Below, piece by piece: positions 1-11,164 of a stretch of DNA of 64,000 bases (positions are counted from its first letter, which is position 1; every line of letters starts with the position of its first letter). The DNA lies in contig NC_068987.1 in the NCBI RefSeq assembly GCF_001194135.2, forward strand, positions 28,089,547 through 28,153,546, in the 5' to 3' direction. This DNA is from Octopus bimaculoides (lineage: Eukaryota). Below the pieces are notes generated by a model. It saw only the letters and a program-made list of their open reading frames with translations, ran no database searches and was not told where the DNA came from. The position numbers and the translations under genes were made by a program.

Positions 1-5
1 ATATA

Positions 6-428
6 TATTCTTTTATTGATTTCAGTCATTTGACTGTGGTCATGCTGGAGCACCGCCTTCTGTCGAAAATTTGACCCCAGACTTATTCGTTGTAAGTCTA
101 CTACTAATTCTATCTGTCTGTTTTGCCGAACTGCTAAATTACAGCGACATAAACACACCAACATCGGTTGTCAATCGATGGTGGGGTGGGGCAAACACAA
201 ACACACTCACAAACACACACACACATATATATAAATATTTATATATAAATATATATAATGCAAGAGAGTTAGGGGTTGAGGATTCAACCCACTAAGGGAT
301 AGTATCTATCCAATATACTGCTGGGAGGGTACCCAATTATTGTTACACTAGTGCTATACTAAGTGTAATAAGTGGGTGCGGGTAGAAGGGGGGTTATTTT
401 ACCCTAAATTTATATATTTTCTAATTGC

Positions 429-466
<38 letters not shown>

Positions 467-625
467 ATGGGCTTCTTTGAGTTTCCATCTACCAAACCCA
501 CTCACAAGCCTTTGGTTGATCTGAGGCTATGGTTGAAGACACTTACCCAAGGTGCCATGTAGTGGGACTGAACCTGGAACCATGTGGTTGGGAAGCGAGC
601 TTCTTACCACTCAGCCACTCCTGCG
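6..625 (-). mobile_element. Family A tRNA-derived CORE-like SINE, full length but split by a ~170-bp insert in its internal (TA)n tract
   Basis: The 3' part is at 6-225 and the tRNA head at 462-625. On the minus strand the head has a box A-like TGGCTGAGTGG, a box B-like GGTTCAGTCCC and a CORE-like CACCTTGGGTAAGTG. It matches the copies at 2660-2971 and 12313-12541. Confidence 0.85.
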
Positions 626-1375
626 ACTGTATATATATTTTTCTAAGTCTTTTTTTTAATTTGTCTTCAGAGATGTTTCTATTCCAATACACCTACAAAT
701 AGTATGTAAACTAAGCTCATTTTCATACGTAACTCTGTTGTTTTTCCTCACTAACTTCCAATTCTACCATAGAAATTGCTCTCTTCTAACTATGTTTATA
801 TAATTTACTCAGCATATAATCTGCGTTTCAGCTATTTTCTTCAACACTTTTGGCCTGCCTATCATTCAAGCAATTTTCCTTCTCATTATCTCCCTCCCTC
901 TTTTGCATGCATTTTGTTTTTGCAACCAAAAAGTATAACTAATGAATAATCTTGGCTGACTCTGTGCACATCTTCCTTGACTAAAATACATATACATAGA
1001 GCAAAAAAAAAAAAAAATGAATTAATAAATAAAGGAAGAGAATCAAAATAAAAAAGAAAATAAGCGAATCAAATGAAATTAGGAATAAAAAGTCATAAAA
1101 ACTCAAAAGAAATGATCTAAAGAATAAGAGAGGTAAAAACACATTGAATTGCTGTGACAAAAGAAATTGTTACAATTCAGTGCTCACTTTCAGGAAATTA
1201 AGTGAGCTGCAATACAAAAAACAACAGTACTGAGATACTGTTGTGATGGTAGTGGTGGTGGTGGTGGGGGGGGTAGTGGTGGTGGCGGTGGCAGCGTGGC
1301 AGTGGTGGTGGTTCACAAAGTGGGTGGAATCTGCCCTCGCTTGCAAAACATTTAAACATGATATACAAATAAATG

Positions 1376-1429
1376 NNNNNNNNNNNNNNNNNNNNNNNNN
1401 NNNNNNNNNNNNNNNNNNNNNNNNNNNNN
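1376..1429. other. Assembly gap (N). Other gaps: 6367-6376, 8864-9731, 11220-12113, 14649-14676, 24405-25041, 35965-35974, 46250-46460, 52227-52720
   Basis: Runs of N. Most abut (TA)n, (TG)n or (TC)n tracts. Confidence 0.99.
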
Positions 1430-2659
1430 TATACTAAGATTTTTACATCAAAACTATTTGAGTGACTTCTAATACTATTGACGTTTGAAATATATTGTTT
1501 TGTTGTTGTTTGTTTTGTTGTTTATTTTTCATTTTAATTTGAAGAAAAAAAAAAATCTTTTAATGAAATATATATTTGTAAATGAATGTAATGTCCATTT
1601 TCTTAATTTCCTCTCAGAATCTGAATAACTATAAAATAAAATTATTTCTATTTAGTTTAATAATAGTTTTATTGAAGCAAATCTAAGAGAATATAAGTTA
1701 TTGGTAGTAAGGTGGTAAATAATGTAATTCCAGCAATTATAAGAATATATGTTGTTTTAAATTTTTGTTTTTGTAGGGAAAATCTACAGAGAGAAAGAAA
1801 ATTACAGACACATTTAGAAGTCATAAACAATTATCTATTAAAGAAGAGAAAAATAATTTCCAAAACAATAAACTTTATTTCAGAATTAGAGAATCGAGTT
1901 CTAAATATTTAAGACACACTTTCAGTAATTTTTGAAAATTATCTATTTTCTTTTAGTGGTATATATTAAGTAGCTATAAAATATATCACCTTTAGATTAA
2001 TGGAATAATTAAAGTTTTTTACAACTTGATGACTTTCCTTAGTATTAATTAGCTTGGCATTGTGTCATGCTGTTACCTACTTCCAGATAACTATATTATG
2101 GTCAAGGAAAAATAGTGTTGAGCTCAAAGCCATCAAATATTAATGACATTACCTTGGAAACCAACATTTTTTTTCCCCCCGTTTCTACTCACACTGCACT
2201 AAAATATATCTCTGCTTTTGTTTCCATACAATTAAAGACAGGAAGTTACCTGCTTCAGCTAGCTGGGATATTGACAAGATTGGAGGTGTTAGCTTAAAAA
2301 CATAAAATTTACTTTTACTATTTGACCATCAAGTCAATGCAAGACTTGTTAAAAGATTCTTTTGGGAGTCCTCCACTACTAGACTCAAGCCAATGCTTAG
2401 GGACTGAAACTGACAATATTCAAAAATAAAAAGTCTTATTGGTTCATTCTAGAGAAGGGAGTTTTGTTCATTGATTTTACAGACCCTCTGAGACTGAACA
2501 AAGCAATGTTAAGAAAATTAGGGATATGCACATTGACTAGCATGAAATTTAATCCATAGCTAAAGTTCTTTTACTTATGTTTCACGATTGAATATTTTGC
2601 AAGTGAGGGCAGATTTATTTTTAGTCAAAAGAATTGGCTTCAGTGGTTACTCTTTAAAG

Positions 2660-2971
2660 ATTGTTACTTATTCTAGTGGACCCTTTTGCTGAACTGCTAT
2701 GTTATGGAGACATAAACAAATCAACACCAGTTGTCAAGAGGTGGTGAGGGACAAACACAGACACACAAAAATATACAGACAAACACACACATATATATAT
2801 AATATATACAACGGGCTTCTTTCAGTTTCTGTCTACCAATCCGCTCACAAGGCTTTGATCGGCCCACGGCTATAGTAGAAGACACTTGCCCAAGGTGCCA
2901 CGCAGTGGGAATGAAACTGGAACCATGTGGTTGGTAAGCAAGCTACTTACCACACACCCACTCCTGCACCT
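2660..2971 (-). mobile_element. Family A SINE (head, internal microsatellite and part of the 3' region)
   Basis: ggctatagtagaagacacttgcccaaggtgccacgcagtgggaatgaaactggaaccatgtggttggtaagcaagctacttaccacac is nearly identical to 12437-12522. Confidence 0.9.
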
Positions 2972-2974
2972 GTA

Positions 2975-3014
<40 letters not shown>

Positions 3015-3031
3015 ACATACCATACACCATT

Positions 3032-3072
<41 letters not shown>

Positions 3073-3303
3073 ATATATATACATACACATAATACATGCA
3101 CACATACATATGTGGTTCAAATATACAAAAAAACAAAAAACAGACAGGTGAAAAAACAACACACAAGGTGTATTAGTCTCCTTCAGAACCTCTCCTATTG
3201 CCTTAAAGAATGCCAAAAAAATAAATAAATAAAACAGTGAGCAAATATTTGCATATACCCACACATTCACATCCATATACATGCTCTATGTAACCATATA
3301 ATC

Positions 3304-3669
3304 TTGTTGTTGGCACTCTGTCGCTTACGACGTCGAGGGTTCCAGTTGATCCGATCAATGGAACAGCCTGCTCGTGAAATTAACGTGCAAGTGGCTGAGC
3401 ACTCTACAGACACGTGTTCTTGACATAGTTCTCAGTGTAACAAGGCTGACCCTTTGAATTACAGGCACAGCAGAAACAGGAAGTAAGAGTGAGAGAAAGT
3501 TGTGGTGGAAGAGTACAGCAGGGTTCGCCACCATCCCCTGCCAGAGCCTCGTGAAGCTTTAGGTGTTTTAGTTTAATAAACACTCACAACGCCCGGTTTT
3601 GGAATCAAAACCGCGATCCTATGACAGTGAGTCCGCTGCTCTAACCACTGGGCCATTGTGCTTCCACCG
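3304..3669 (-). mobile_element. Family C tRNA-derived SINE with (AAC)n tail
   Basis: The minus strand starts caatggcccagtggttagagcagcggactc...cggttttgattcc (box A and box B) and ends gagtgccaacaacaa. It is collinear with 17470-17804. Confidence 0.9.
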
Positions 3670-3689
3670 TATTATCTAGATAATACCAT

Positions 3690-3895
3690 AAGGGAGCTGC
3701 TACCTGAGTCTTTCAACCTGCTAAATGTAGCTGCCAAATCTCTTTCGAAACATCTATTATCTTAAATACAGGAAGAACATATTCAATAGTGTAGTGCTAT
3801 TTACTGTTGAAAAGATAGGATGGTCATGACTGGAACGTTTTTGATCAAAGGACTGGTTGATCAGAGTTGCCTTTGGCTAGATAACAACCACAACC
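3690..3895 (+). repeat. Family D dispersed repeat ending in (AAC)n, probably an old SINE or LINE 3' end
   Basis: The motif series acctgcta-aa-tagc-gccaaatctc...tcttaaa...aagataggatgg...tttttgatca...aacaac recurs at 25845-26040 and 48330-48540, and on the minus strand at 61472-61630. Confidence 0.6.
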
Positions 3896-4221
3896 ACTAA
3901 GATGATACAAAAGCAATAAAAATGCCTCTATCTGGTCATTGAATTTGCTCAAAATAGCAGTAAAATCTCATCTCTTTCAAATCACACTCTGCTGTCTTAT
4001 AACCAAAATATTACATTTATATTCTAAAACATTTTCTATGGTTCTTCATTTACATTTAGAGTAGAGTTCACTTCACCTAATGTGTTCCATAATAATTCCT
4101 CAAATACAAAAATCTCCCCAGAACATACAATGGCTATAAAATATCGCAATCTATAATACTTCAGAATTCCTTGCATAAAATATTTATTTGTAAAATAGAA
4201 TATTTTTCCTTTTGATGATGC

Positions 4222-4510
4222 TGATGAAAAATATTGTGGGAAATGACGATGATGATGACAATGATGATAATGATGACGATGGAGGTTGTGCGAGTGGGGA
4301 TGGCGGTGTCGACAGTGGCAGTGATGATGCAGGCAATAACAATAATGAAAACAATAATAATAGTAATAATAGTAATAATAATAATAATAAGAAGAAGAAG
4401 AATAGAATGATGATAATGATATTGATTATGAATATGATGATGATGATGAAGATAATGATAACAGCAACAACAACAATAATAAGAAGAAAAAGAATAAGAC
4501 AACGACGATA
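4222..4510. repeat. Compound trinucleotide array (GAT/AAT/AAG/ATG/AAC)
   Basis: Visible directly. It generates the low-complexity ORFs 4161-4540. Confidence 0.95.
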
Positions 4511-4819
4511 AAAGAATAGAAAAAGAATAGAAATTAGCATTGCTTAGGGTCTGTAATATATTGAAACATCTTTCTCAAACTGTTTCTGTTCTTTGTAAAA
4601 TATCTTACATGTGAATATGCCATCTTTACTATAAATATATGTTTTGTGCATTAAGAAAAACTACAATTTAAATCTATTAAACTTATATGCAATAGAGTGC
4701 ATATCTATGCTATAGATGTGAGAGCCTATACAGGAAAGTATATAGAACTACATATATTCACATTTGTATTTTAACACTTTAAATGTATGTTCATACATGC
4801 GCATCTAAATGTAATATAA

Positions 4820-4899
4820 TACAATATAATATATATGTAATATAATATAATGTAATATAATTTAATAAAATATAATATATGTATATTATAAAAATATAC

Positions 4900-4934
<35 letters not shown>

Positions 4935-4940
4935 CATATG

Positions 4941-4986
<46 letters not shown>

Positions 4987-5090
4987 TATATTCATGTGTA
5001 TATATATACATATACATCAGCAAACACGAATATATATATACACATGTTTACACTCGCACACATACACACATATGTATATATGCACACTTC

Positions 5091-5151
<61 letters not shown>

Positions 5152-5345
5152 CTCTGTGTGTAGATATATGGATACACTCATAAAAGGAGTTTGTGCATAT
5201 CTGTGCATATATGTTTGTGTGCACAGTAAAACAGTCTTTCTTTCAACATATACATATATACATGCACACACTCACACACATACACGCATATATACACACA
5301 CATACACTTGTACACACAGACACACATTTACGTGCATGCACATCA
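4820..5345. repeat. Compound (TA)n/(TG)n/(CA)n microsatellite field. Similar fields at about 14150-14345, 17905-18140, 23520-23850, 26455-27150, 30800-32100, 35150-35600
   Basis: Visible directly. Confidence 0.97.
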
Positions 5346-6169
5346 GTACAGACATATATTGCTTTATGAGGTGTTAGTTTTTGTAAAGCCTTCTCAGTAC
5401 AAACTATAAAAGAGAATTCGTTATTTCCTGACATCATAAAGAAACAATTTTAAGTCCTTAAACACCACTATTATTCATTGAGTATATCTTTTACCGAACA
5501 GAACTGAATCAAAGTCTATAACAAAGAAGAATTGGCTTGGTTTGAAAGAATTCAAATTGCTCATCAAATAGTAATGGTGTAATGCCTGAAAGTTATAGGT
5601 TGTTGAAGTTTTGCATGATTTAGGGCCTAGAAATGATCTTCCCAGCATATTCTATGATCATATCACACTTTCAAAAGCTTGAAAAGTCATCCATGAAAGG
5701 CTAATTGAGTGACCAAAAGGGTTGCTTATATATATACATATACATACATATATATATGCATATACACACACACACACACACACACACATGCACACACATG
5801 CACACAGTTCCAACAGCTCTGATGGGCACTGATGTCCCCCATGTCCAGAGATGTGTTTATCAAGTGCTGAGCTGATAATTTCTGTTGGATGAATGCACAA
5901 AGGTGGCAGCGCCTCTGGTGTGATTTTTGACCAAGTTATATGAGCAACAATTGTGACTAAGTCAGAGCTAATTAGTTATGTGAGTGTCTATTGTATAAAA
6001 GCTCTGAAACCTATTTCAGGTAGTTGTTCACAATGAGAAAGCGGCTATATATGAAACCAAATTTGCAACCATCTTACACATATGTGCACACACATACATG
6101 CACATGCACATACACACACACACACGCACACATACGTGCGCATGTGTGTCTGTGTATATATGTATATAT

Positions 6170-6309
6170 GTGTGGTGATGAGGTTTATTTGTCAATCACA
6201 TGGTTTCAGGTCCAGTTTCACAACACAGCATCTTGAGCAAGTGCCTTCTATTGTAGTTCTAGGTTCACCAATGTCTCGTGTGTAACATTGGTAGTAGACA
6301 GAAACTGTA

Positions 6310-6310
<1 letters not shown>
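6170..6310 (+). mobile_element. Degenerate family A SINE head
   Basis: aatcacatggtttcaggtccagt...catcttgagcaagtgccttctattgtag...gtagacagaaactg, followed by (TG)n. Confidence 0.7.
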
Positions 6311-6366
<56 letters not shown>

Positions 6367-6376
6367 NNNNNNNNNN

Positions 6377-6424
<48 letters not shown>

Positions 6425-8643
6425 TGCATGTTTGTGCATGTATCTCTGTTAATACCTATATTATGTACATTACATGAAAAAAAACTGCTGAAGTGTGAAT
6501 TTTATTGGCAATATCTCCGAAGTTTCACCACACAAGGCATATTCAAACTATAAAATTTGGAGACCTGCATTCAGTTTAAGTATTGTTCTCTTTGATAGAA
6601 GTAGTGATGGGAAATTAAATTTAAAGAGGAGAATATTAGAATAGCACACATAAAGTCATATATATATATATATATATATATGCATGTATATATGTGTGTT
6701 TGAGGTTTATGCACAAGTGTGTGTATGCATACAAGCATATGTCCAGTAGGTATATGGATGGAGATATAAATATGGATAGATGCATATATAGGTAATGTGA
6801 TGAAGATATGCATGAGCCCCTAAAGAAAATTATATGACTAACTAAAATCCATTTCATTAAAGCTAAAACATATTGCTTTGCTTTAAAGAAATATCTTGAA
6901 TAAATTATATTCAATCTATTTTGTTTCTAAGCATAAAATATATTGGTATTATTAGACTCTAAGGAATATACTGGCATTGTTAAATTGCAATTTACCTTAG
7001 TCTCACTTGGTCTATCCATATTTATATATGTACTCCAATTTTAACTCCTTTACTTCTTATCAGCCCAAATGCATTTGCTGATATAATATATCTACTGACA
7101 ATAAATAAATAATATATTGAATAAGAATGTCATGTAGCTCTTACATGGTGTCATTGGATCACAATGTTTATGTAGTGCATCAAGAACCAACTCAATCTGG
7201 CTATGCCCATCCATTTGGAGTTTATTGATTATTGATAAAATCTTGTAGGTAAACTAACAGAATGAATGAGAATGAGTAAGTAAAGTTTAAATGGTTCAGC
7301 CAGGATTTGTAGAGGAATTACAAACTTGGCTTTGTGGGCACTTAACACTACTCTACAATGCTCCGTACATATAATACGATAGAACGGTAATAAATGTCTA
7401 ACTTCAGCAAGAGAGAGAAGAATATATTTGCTAACATTATTTTACAGTTTCAAGTAGACTATTTATGACCAGGTCATAGGAGTACGATGAAAATCTTTGA
7501 TACATTTAACTATTGATGGAAATAAAAAGAAAGAAATAACAATTGTACTTTATGTGTATGTGTTTCTATGTATGTATGCATCTGTGTGTATATGTGCACA
7601 TGTTTGTGTGTGTGTGTGTGTGTTCTGCATGTGTTTGTGTGTGTGTGTGTGTGTTAAATATAGGTTCCGGATGATTCCATGAAAGTGAAACTATATCTGT
7701 TTGAAGAAATGGTTTCTGATCAACTCTCTGACCTAATACATATGAGAAATAAATTTATGATCTGTTATTGCCGAATTATGTTTTCTAACAGCAAGAATTT
7801 GTGTTTTTTGATGGTTTCTATTGAATGGCCAAAGTCATGAAGTATGAGATTTACACGATGCCACTTGTGATTATAGGACTTATTATCCTTTGATCAAATG
7901 ACAGTCTTTTAAGCAGTTTGCCTCCTTTTTAAAAGTAGGACAAAATCATTCGAAGAAATATATAAGCAACTGAAAATACTTGTATGATAGTATAGAGATG
8001 TTTGAATTTTAACATATAGTAAATATATCATAATTAGCAATACTGTTATATACCAAAAGCTGGGTCATTAGTTTTTGTTATGTTACAGTTCAACCAATCT
8101 ATGATTGTCCTTTACAAATCATGTTACATATGTTTAATATTAGAATAAAGACAAAACATATTTGTCTACCAGAATATGAAAAAAAAAAAAAAAAAAAAAA
8201 AAGGAAAGACCGTTGCAAGCAGTGCCAACTGAGTTTTTAACCAATAATTCTGGGTAAACATGACAAATCCTCATGTCACTTAGTGTCTGGAAGCAATAAG
8301 AAAGTTAGTTGACCAATCAAGAAGTTTTCTGAAGTTTCTTGAATAAATGGAATCCTAAAATATCTAAACAGTAAAGAGTGGGAGGAATTCAGAACTACCA
8401 TAGTAAGTTTTTGCTGATAAATTTTCAATCTAGACTGTAAGCAAACAACTAAAATTTTCTTTTCATTTAATACTTTTTTTTATTTCTTTTTCATGCAAAC
8501 AAATGTTCAATGGTGGATGTTTGCCGGAATTATTGAAGCGGATATGTTGCAGCTGTTTTTGTGTGTTTTTTTCTTTTTAGAACCATATCCAAGAGAGGGA
8601 ATTGACTGAAGAATTTAACAAATGTTTACTTTTATTTTGGCAG

Positions 8644-8685
8644 GTCCAGAAAGATCAAAATTATTTCCATTATTCTTGATATGTG
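8644..8685 (+). CDS. Candidate 42-nt internal exon of an unidentified gene
   Basis: Acceptor tttacttttattttggcag|G and strong donor TG|gtgagt. Length is divisible by 3. Open in phase 1 (xPERSKLFPLFLIC) and in phase 2 (xSRKIKIISIILDM). No homology recognised. Confidence 0.3.
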
Positions 8686-9731
8686 GTGAGTTAAAAGCGT
8701 GTGAGTGTGTGTGTGTGTATATACACTGACACACACACATGGCTGCAGTCAGATGACTGAAACAAGTAAAAAAATTTTAAAAATATAAATACAGATAGAT
8801 AGATATGGAAATGTACATATATGCATATTCTTTAATACATTATATATATATATATATATATATNNNNNNNNNNNNNNNNNNNNNNNNNNNNNNNNNNNNN
8901 NNNNNNNNNNNNNNNNNNNNNNNNNNNNNNNNNNNNNNNNNNNNNNNNNNNNNNNNNNNNNNNNNNNNNNNNNNNNNNNNNNNNNNNNNNNNNNNNNNNN
9001 NNNNNNNNNNNNNNNNNNNNNNNNNNNNNNNNNNNNNNNNNNNNNNNNNNNNNNNNNNNNNNNNNNNNNNNNNNNNNNNNNNNNNNNNNNNNNNNNNNNN
9101 NNNNNNNNNNNNNNNNNNNNNNNNNNNNNNNNNNNNNNNNNNNNNNNNNNNNNNNNNNNNNNNNNNNNNNNNNNNNNNNNNNNNNNNNNNNNNNNNNNNN
9201 NNNNNNNNNNNNNNNNNNNNNNNNNNNNNNNNNNNNNNNNNNNNNNNNNNNNNNNNNNNNNNNNNNNNNNNNNNNNNNNNNNNNNNNNNNNNNNNNNNNN
9301 NNNNNNNNNNNNNNNNNNNNNNNNNNNNNNNNNNNNNNNNNNNNNNNNNNNNNNNNNNNNNNNNNNNNNNNNNNNNNNNNNNNNNNNNNNNNNNNNNNNN
9401 NNNNNNNNNNNNNNNNNNNNNNNNNNNNNNNNNNNNNNNNNNNNNNNNNNNNNNNNNNNNNNNNNNNNNNNNNNNNNNNNNNNNNNNNNNNNNNNNNNNN
9501 NNNNNNNNNNNNNNNNNNNNNNNNNNNNNNNNNNNNNNNNNNNNNNNNNNNNNNNNNNNNNNNNNNNNNNNNNNNNNNNNNNNNNNNNNNNNNNNNNNNN
9601 NNNNNNNNNNNNNNNNNNNNNNNNNNNNNNNNNNNNNNNNNNNNNNNNNNNNNNNNNNNNNNNNNNNNNNNNNNNNNNNNNNNNNNNNNNNNNNNNNNNN
9701 NNNNNNNNNNNNNNNNNNNNNNNNNNNNNNN

Positions 9732-9763
<32 letters not shown>

Positions 9764-10184
9764 AGTGTGTATATGTGCTTGTGAGAGTTTGTGTGTGTTA
9801 TAGCTAAGATTAAATAACAAGCAGATTTGTAGAAGCTGAGATACGGAATAATATGCAGACAACTCTTTTTTAAAATACTAAAATGCTTTAGAGAAAATTT
9901 CATAGATTTTGGAAGTACTGAGAGTAGTAAAAGAGTATGGACATATCTTTTGCATCTTGATTTGAATATCAAACTTTAAATCTACTGATGGTTTACAAAA
10001 TGCTTAAACACTTGCTGTAGAAAAATTTCGGAAATTCAGCACTTAAGATTTAAGTGACTCAGTTCATACCATTTATACAATGGATGTATGCCAGAAATTT
10101 AGCATTATTTTGCAATAGGTAGCTGATTTTTCAAAGTAATTGAAGTCTGCCAGTAAGTAGTTGGCTACTGGATATACAATATAA

Positions 10185-10465
10185 CAGTGGTCCCCAAACT
10201 TTTTTGGTATACCTTCCCCATGGCACCTAACCCACAATCTTAGACCCCTCTTCCCACTCATCATCTCAAACATAGACCACCCTCTGAAGCAAATTCAAAC
10301 ACTACCTGTATTTCACAAATACAACTTAATCTAATTATTTAGTTCTTTATATATCCATCACCTGCTTTTGGCCACCACATTATCACCCCAGATTTCTTCA
10401 ATGCACCCTGCTGGATCTTTCTACCACCCTCAGGGGTTTGGTACTGCCCACTTTGGGAATCACTG
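10185..10465. mobile_element. hAT (Charlie-like) MITE, 281 bp
   Basis: Left TIR CAGTGGTCCCCAAAC. The right end reads CAGTGATTCCCAAAG on the minus strand. 8-bp TSD CAATATAA (10177-10184) / CAATATAG (10466-10473). Confidence 0.85.
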
Positions 10466-11060
10466 CAATATAGTAATAGACCAGTCATTTCATGATAAAG
10501 GGAGATAATATTAACAATAACGTGATTTGCTGTAACAGAACAGAGAGAAAAACACAAAGATGAAAATATACAAAATCTAGAAAATTAGAACACGTTGTAA
10601 TTAACTTTATAAATAGATGTAACATACAAGAAAAGAAAATGGTGTTAAAGTGAATAAATAATCTTTAGTATATACTTGTAAATATTTACAGATATAAACA
10701 GAATAACTTTTAGAAATAAAGGCACTAAAAACAGATAAGGACTGATATACTGTTTATTTATAAGTTGACAGATGGTAAATCATCCTCAATTTATCTTTGA
10801 AATGTTGAGTTGTACATCTTTTCTATTTTTCTCCCTGATTCTTAATTTAATTGGATTTTGATATAATGACACCATTGCCTTGCAATGAAAATATGACATT
10901 TAATAAATAGATGCTATATTGAAACTTCTTATTCACCTTTCACTTCTATATTTATATTGGATTTGTTGATTTACATGTATCTGGGTGTGTGTGTGTGTAT
11001 CTTTATATTTATATATATATAAAATATATACTTTATTTAAAAGCAGCAGAAATATAACAA

Positions 11061-11106
11061 AAAACTGTTACTCGGAGTTTCACGTTCCCGTTCATCGAAC
11101 AGTTTT
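11061..11106 (-). ncRNA. Minimal type I hammerhead ribozyme motif, minus-strand copy, core UCGAUGA
   Basis: The minus strand reads AAAACUGU-UCGAUGA-ACG GGAA CGU-GAAA-CUCCGAG-UA-ACAGUUUU. Same topology, with a perfect stem II closed by a GNRA loop. Confidence 0.7.
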
Positions 11107-11118
11107 GTTTTTTCTAAC

Positions 11119-11164
11119 AAAACTGTCCAATGAATGGGAACGTGAAACTCCGAGTAACAGTTTT
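11119..11164 (+). ncRNA. Minimal type I hammerhead ribozyme motif, plus-strand copy, core degenerate (CCAAUGA)
   Basis: Stem I AAAACUGU (11119-26) pairs with ACAGUUUU (11157-64). Core 11127-33. Stem II AUG-GGAA-CGU, then GAAA, short stem III ACU-CCG-AGU and a GUA cleavage triplet at 11154-56. Confidence 0.7.

Noticed and set aside
4077-4133. Possible 57-nt minus-strand exon (xIVCSGEIFVFEELLWNTL)
   Set aside because: The polypyrimidine tract is weak, there are no partner exons, and such a site is expected by chance.
4161-4540. ORFs of 99-118 aa rich in Ile/Leu/Asp/Asn, and similar ORFs at 49990-50361
   Set aside because: They are translations of compound trinucleotide repeats, with no splice or homology support.
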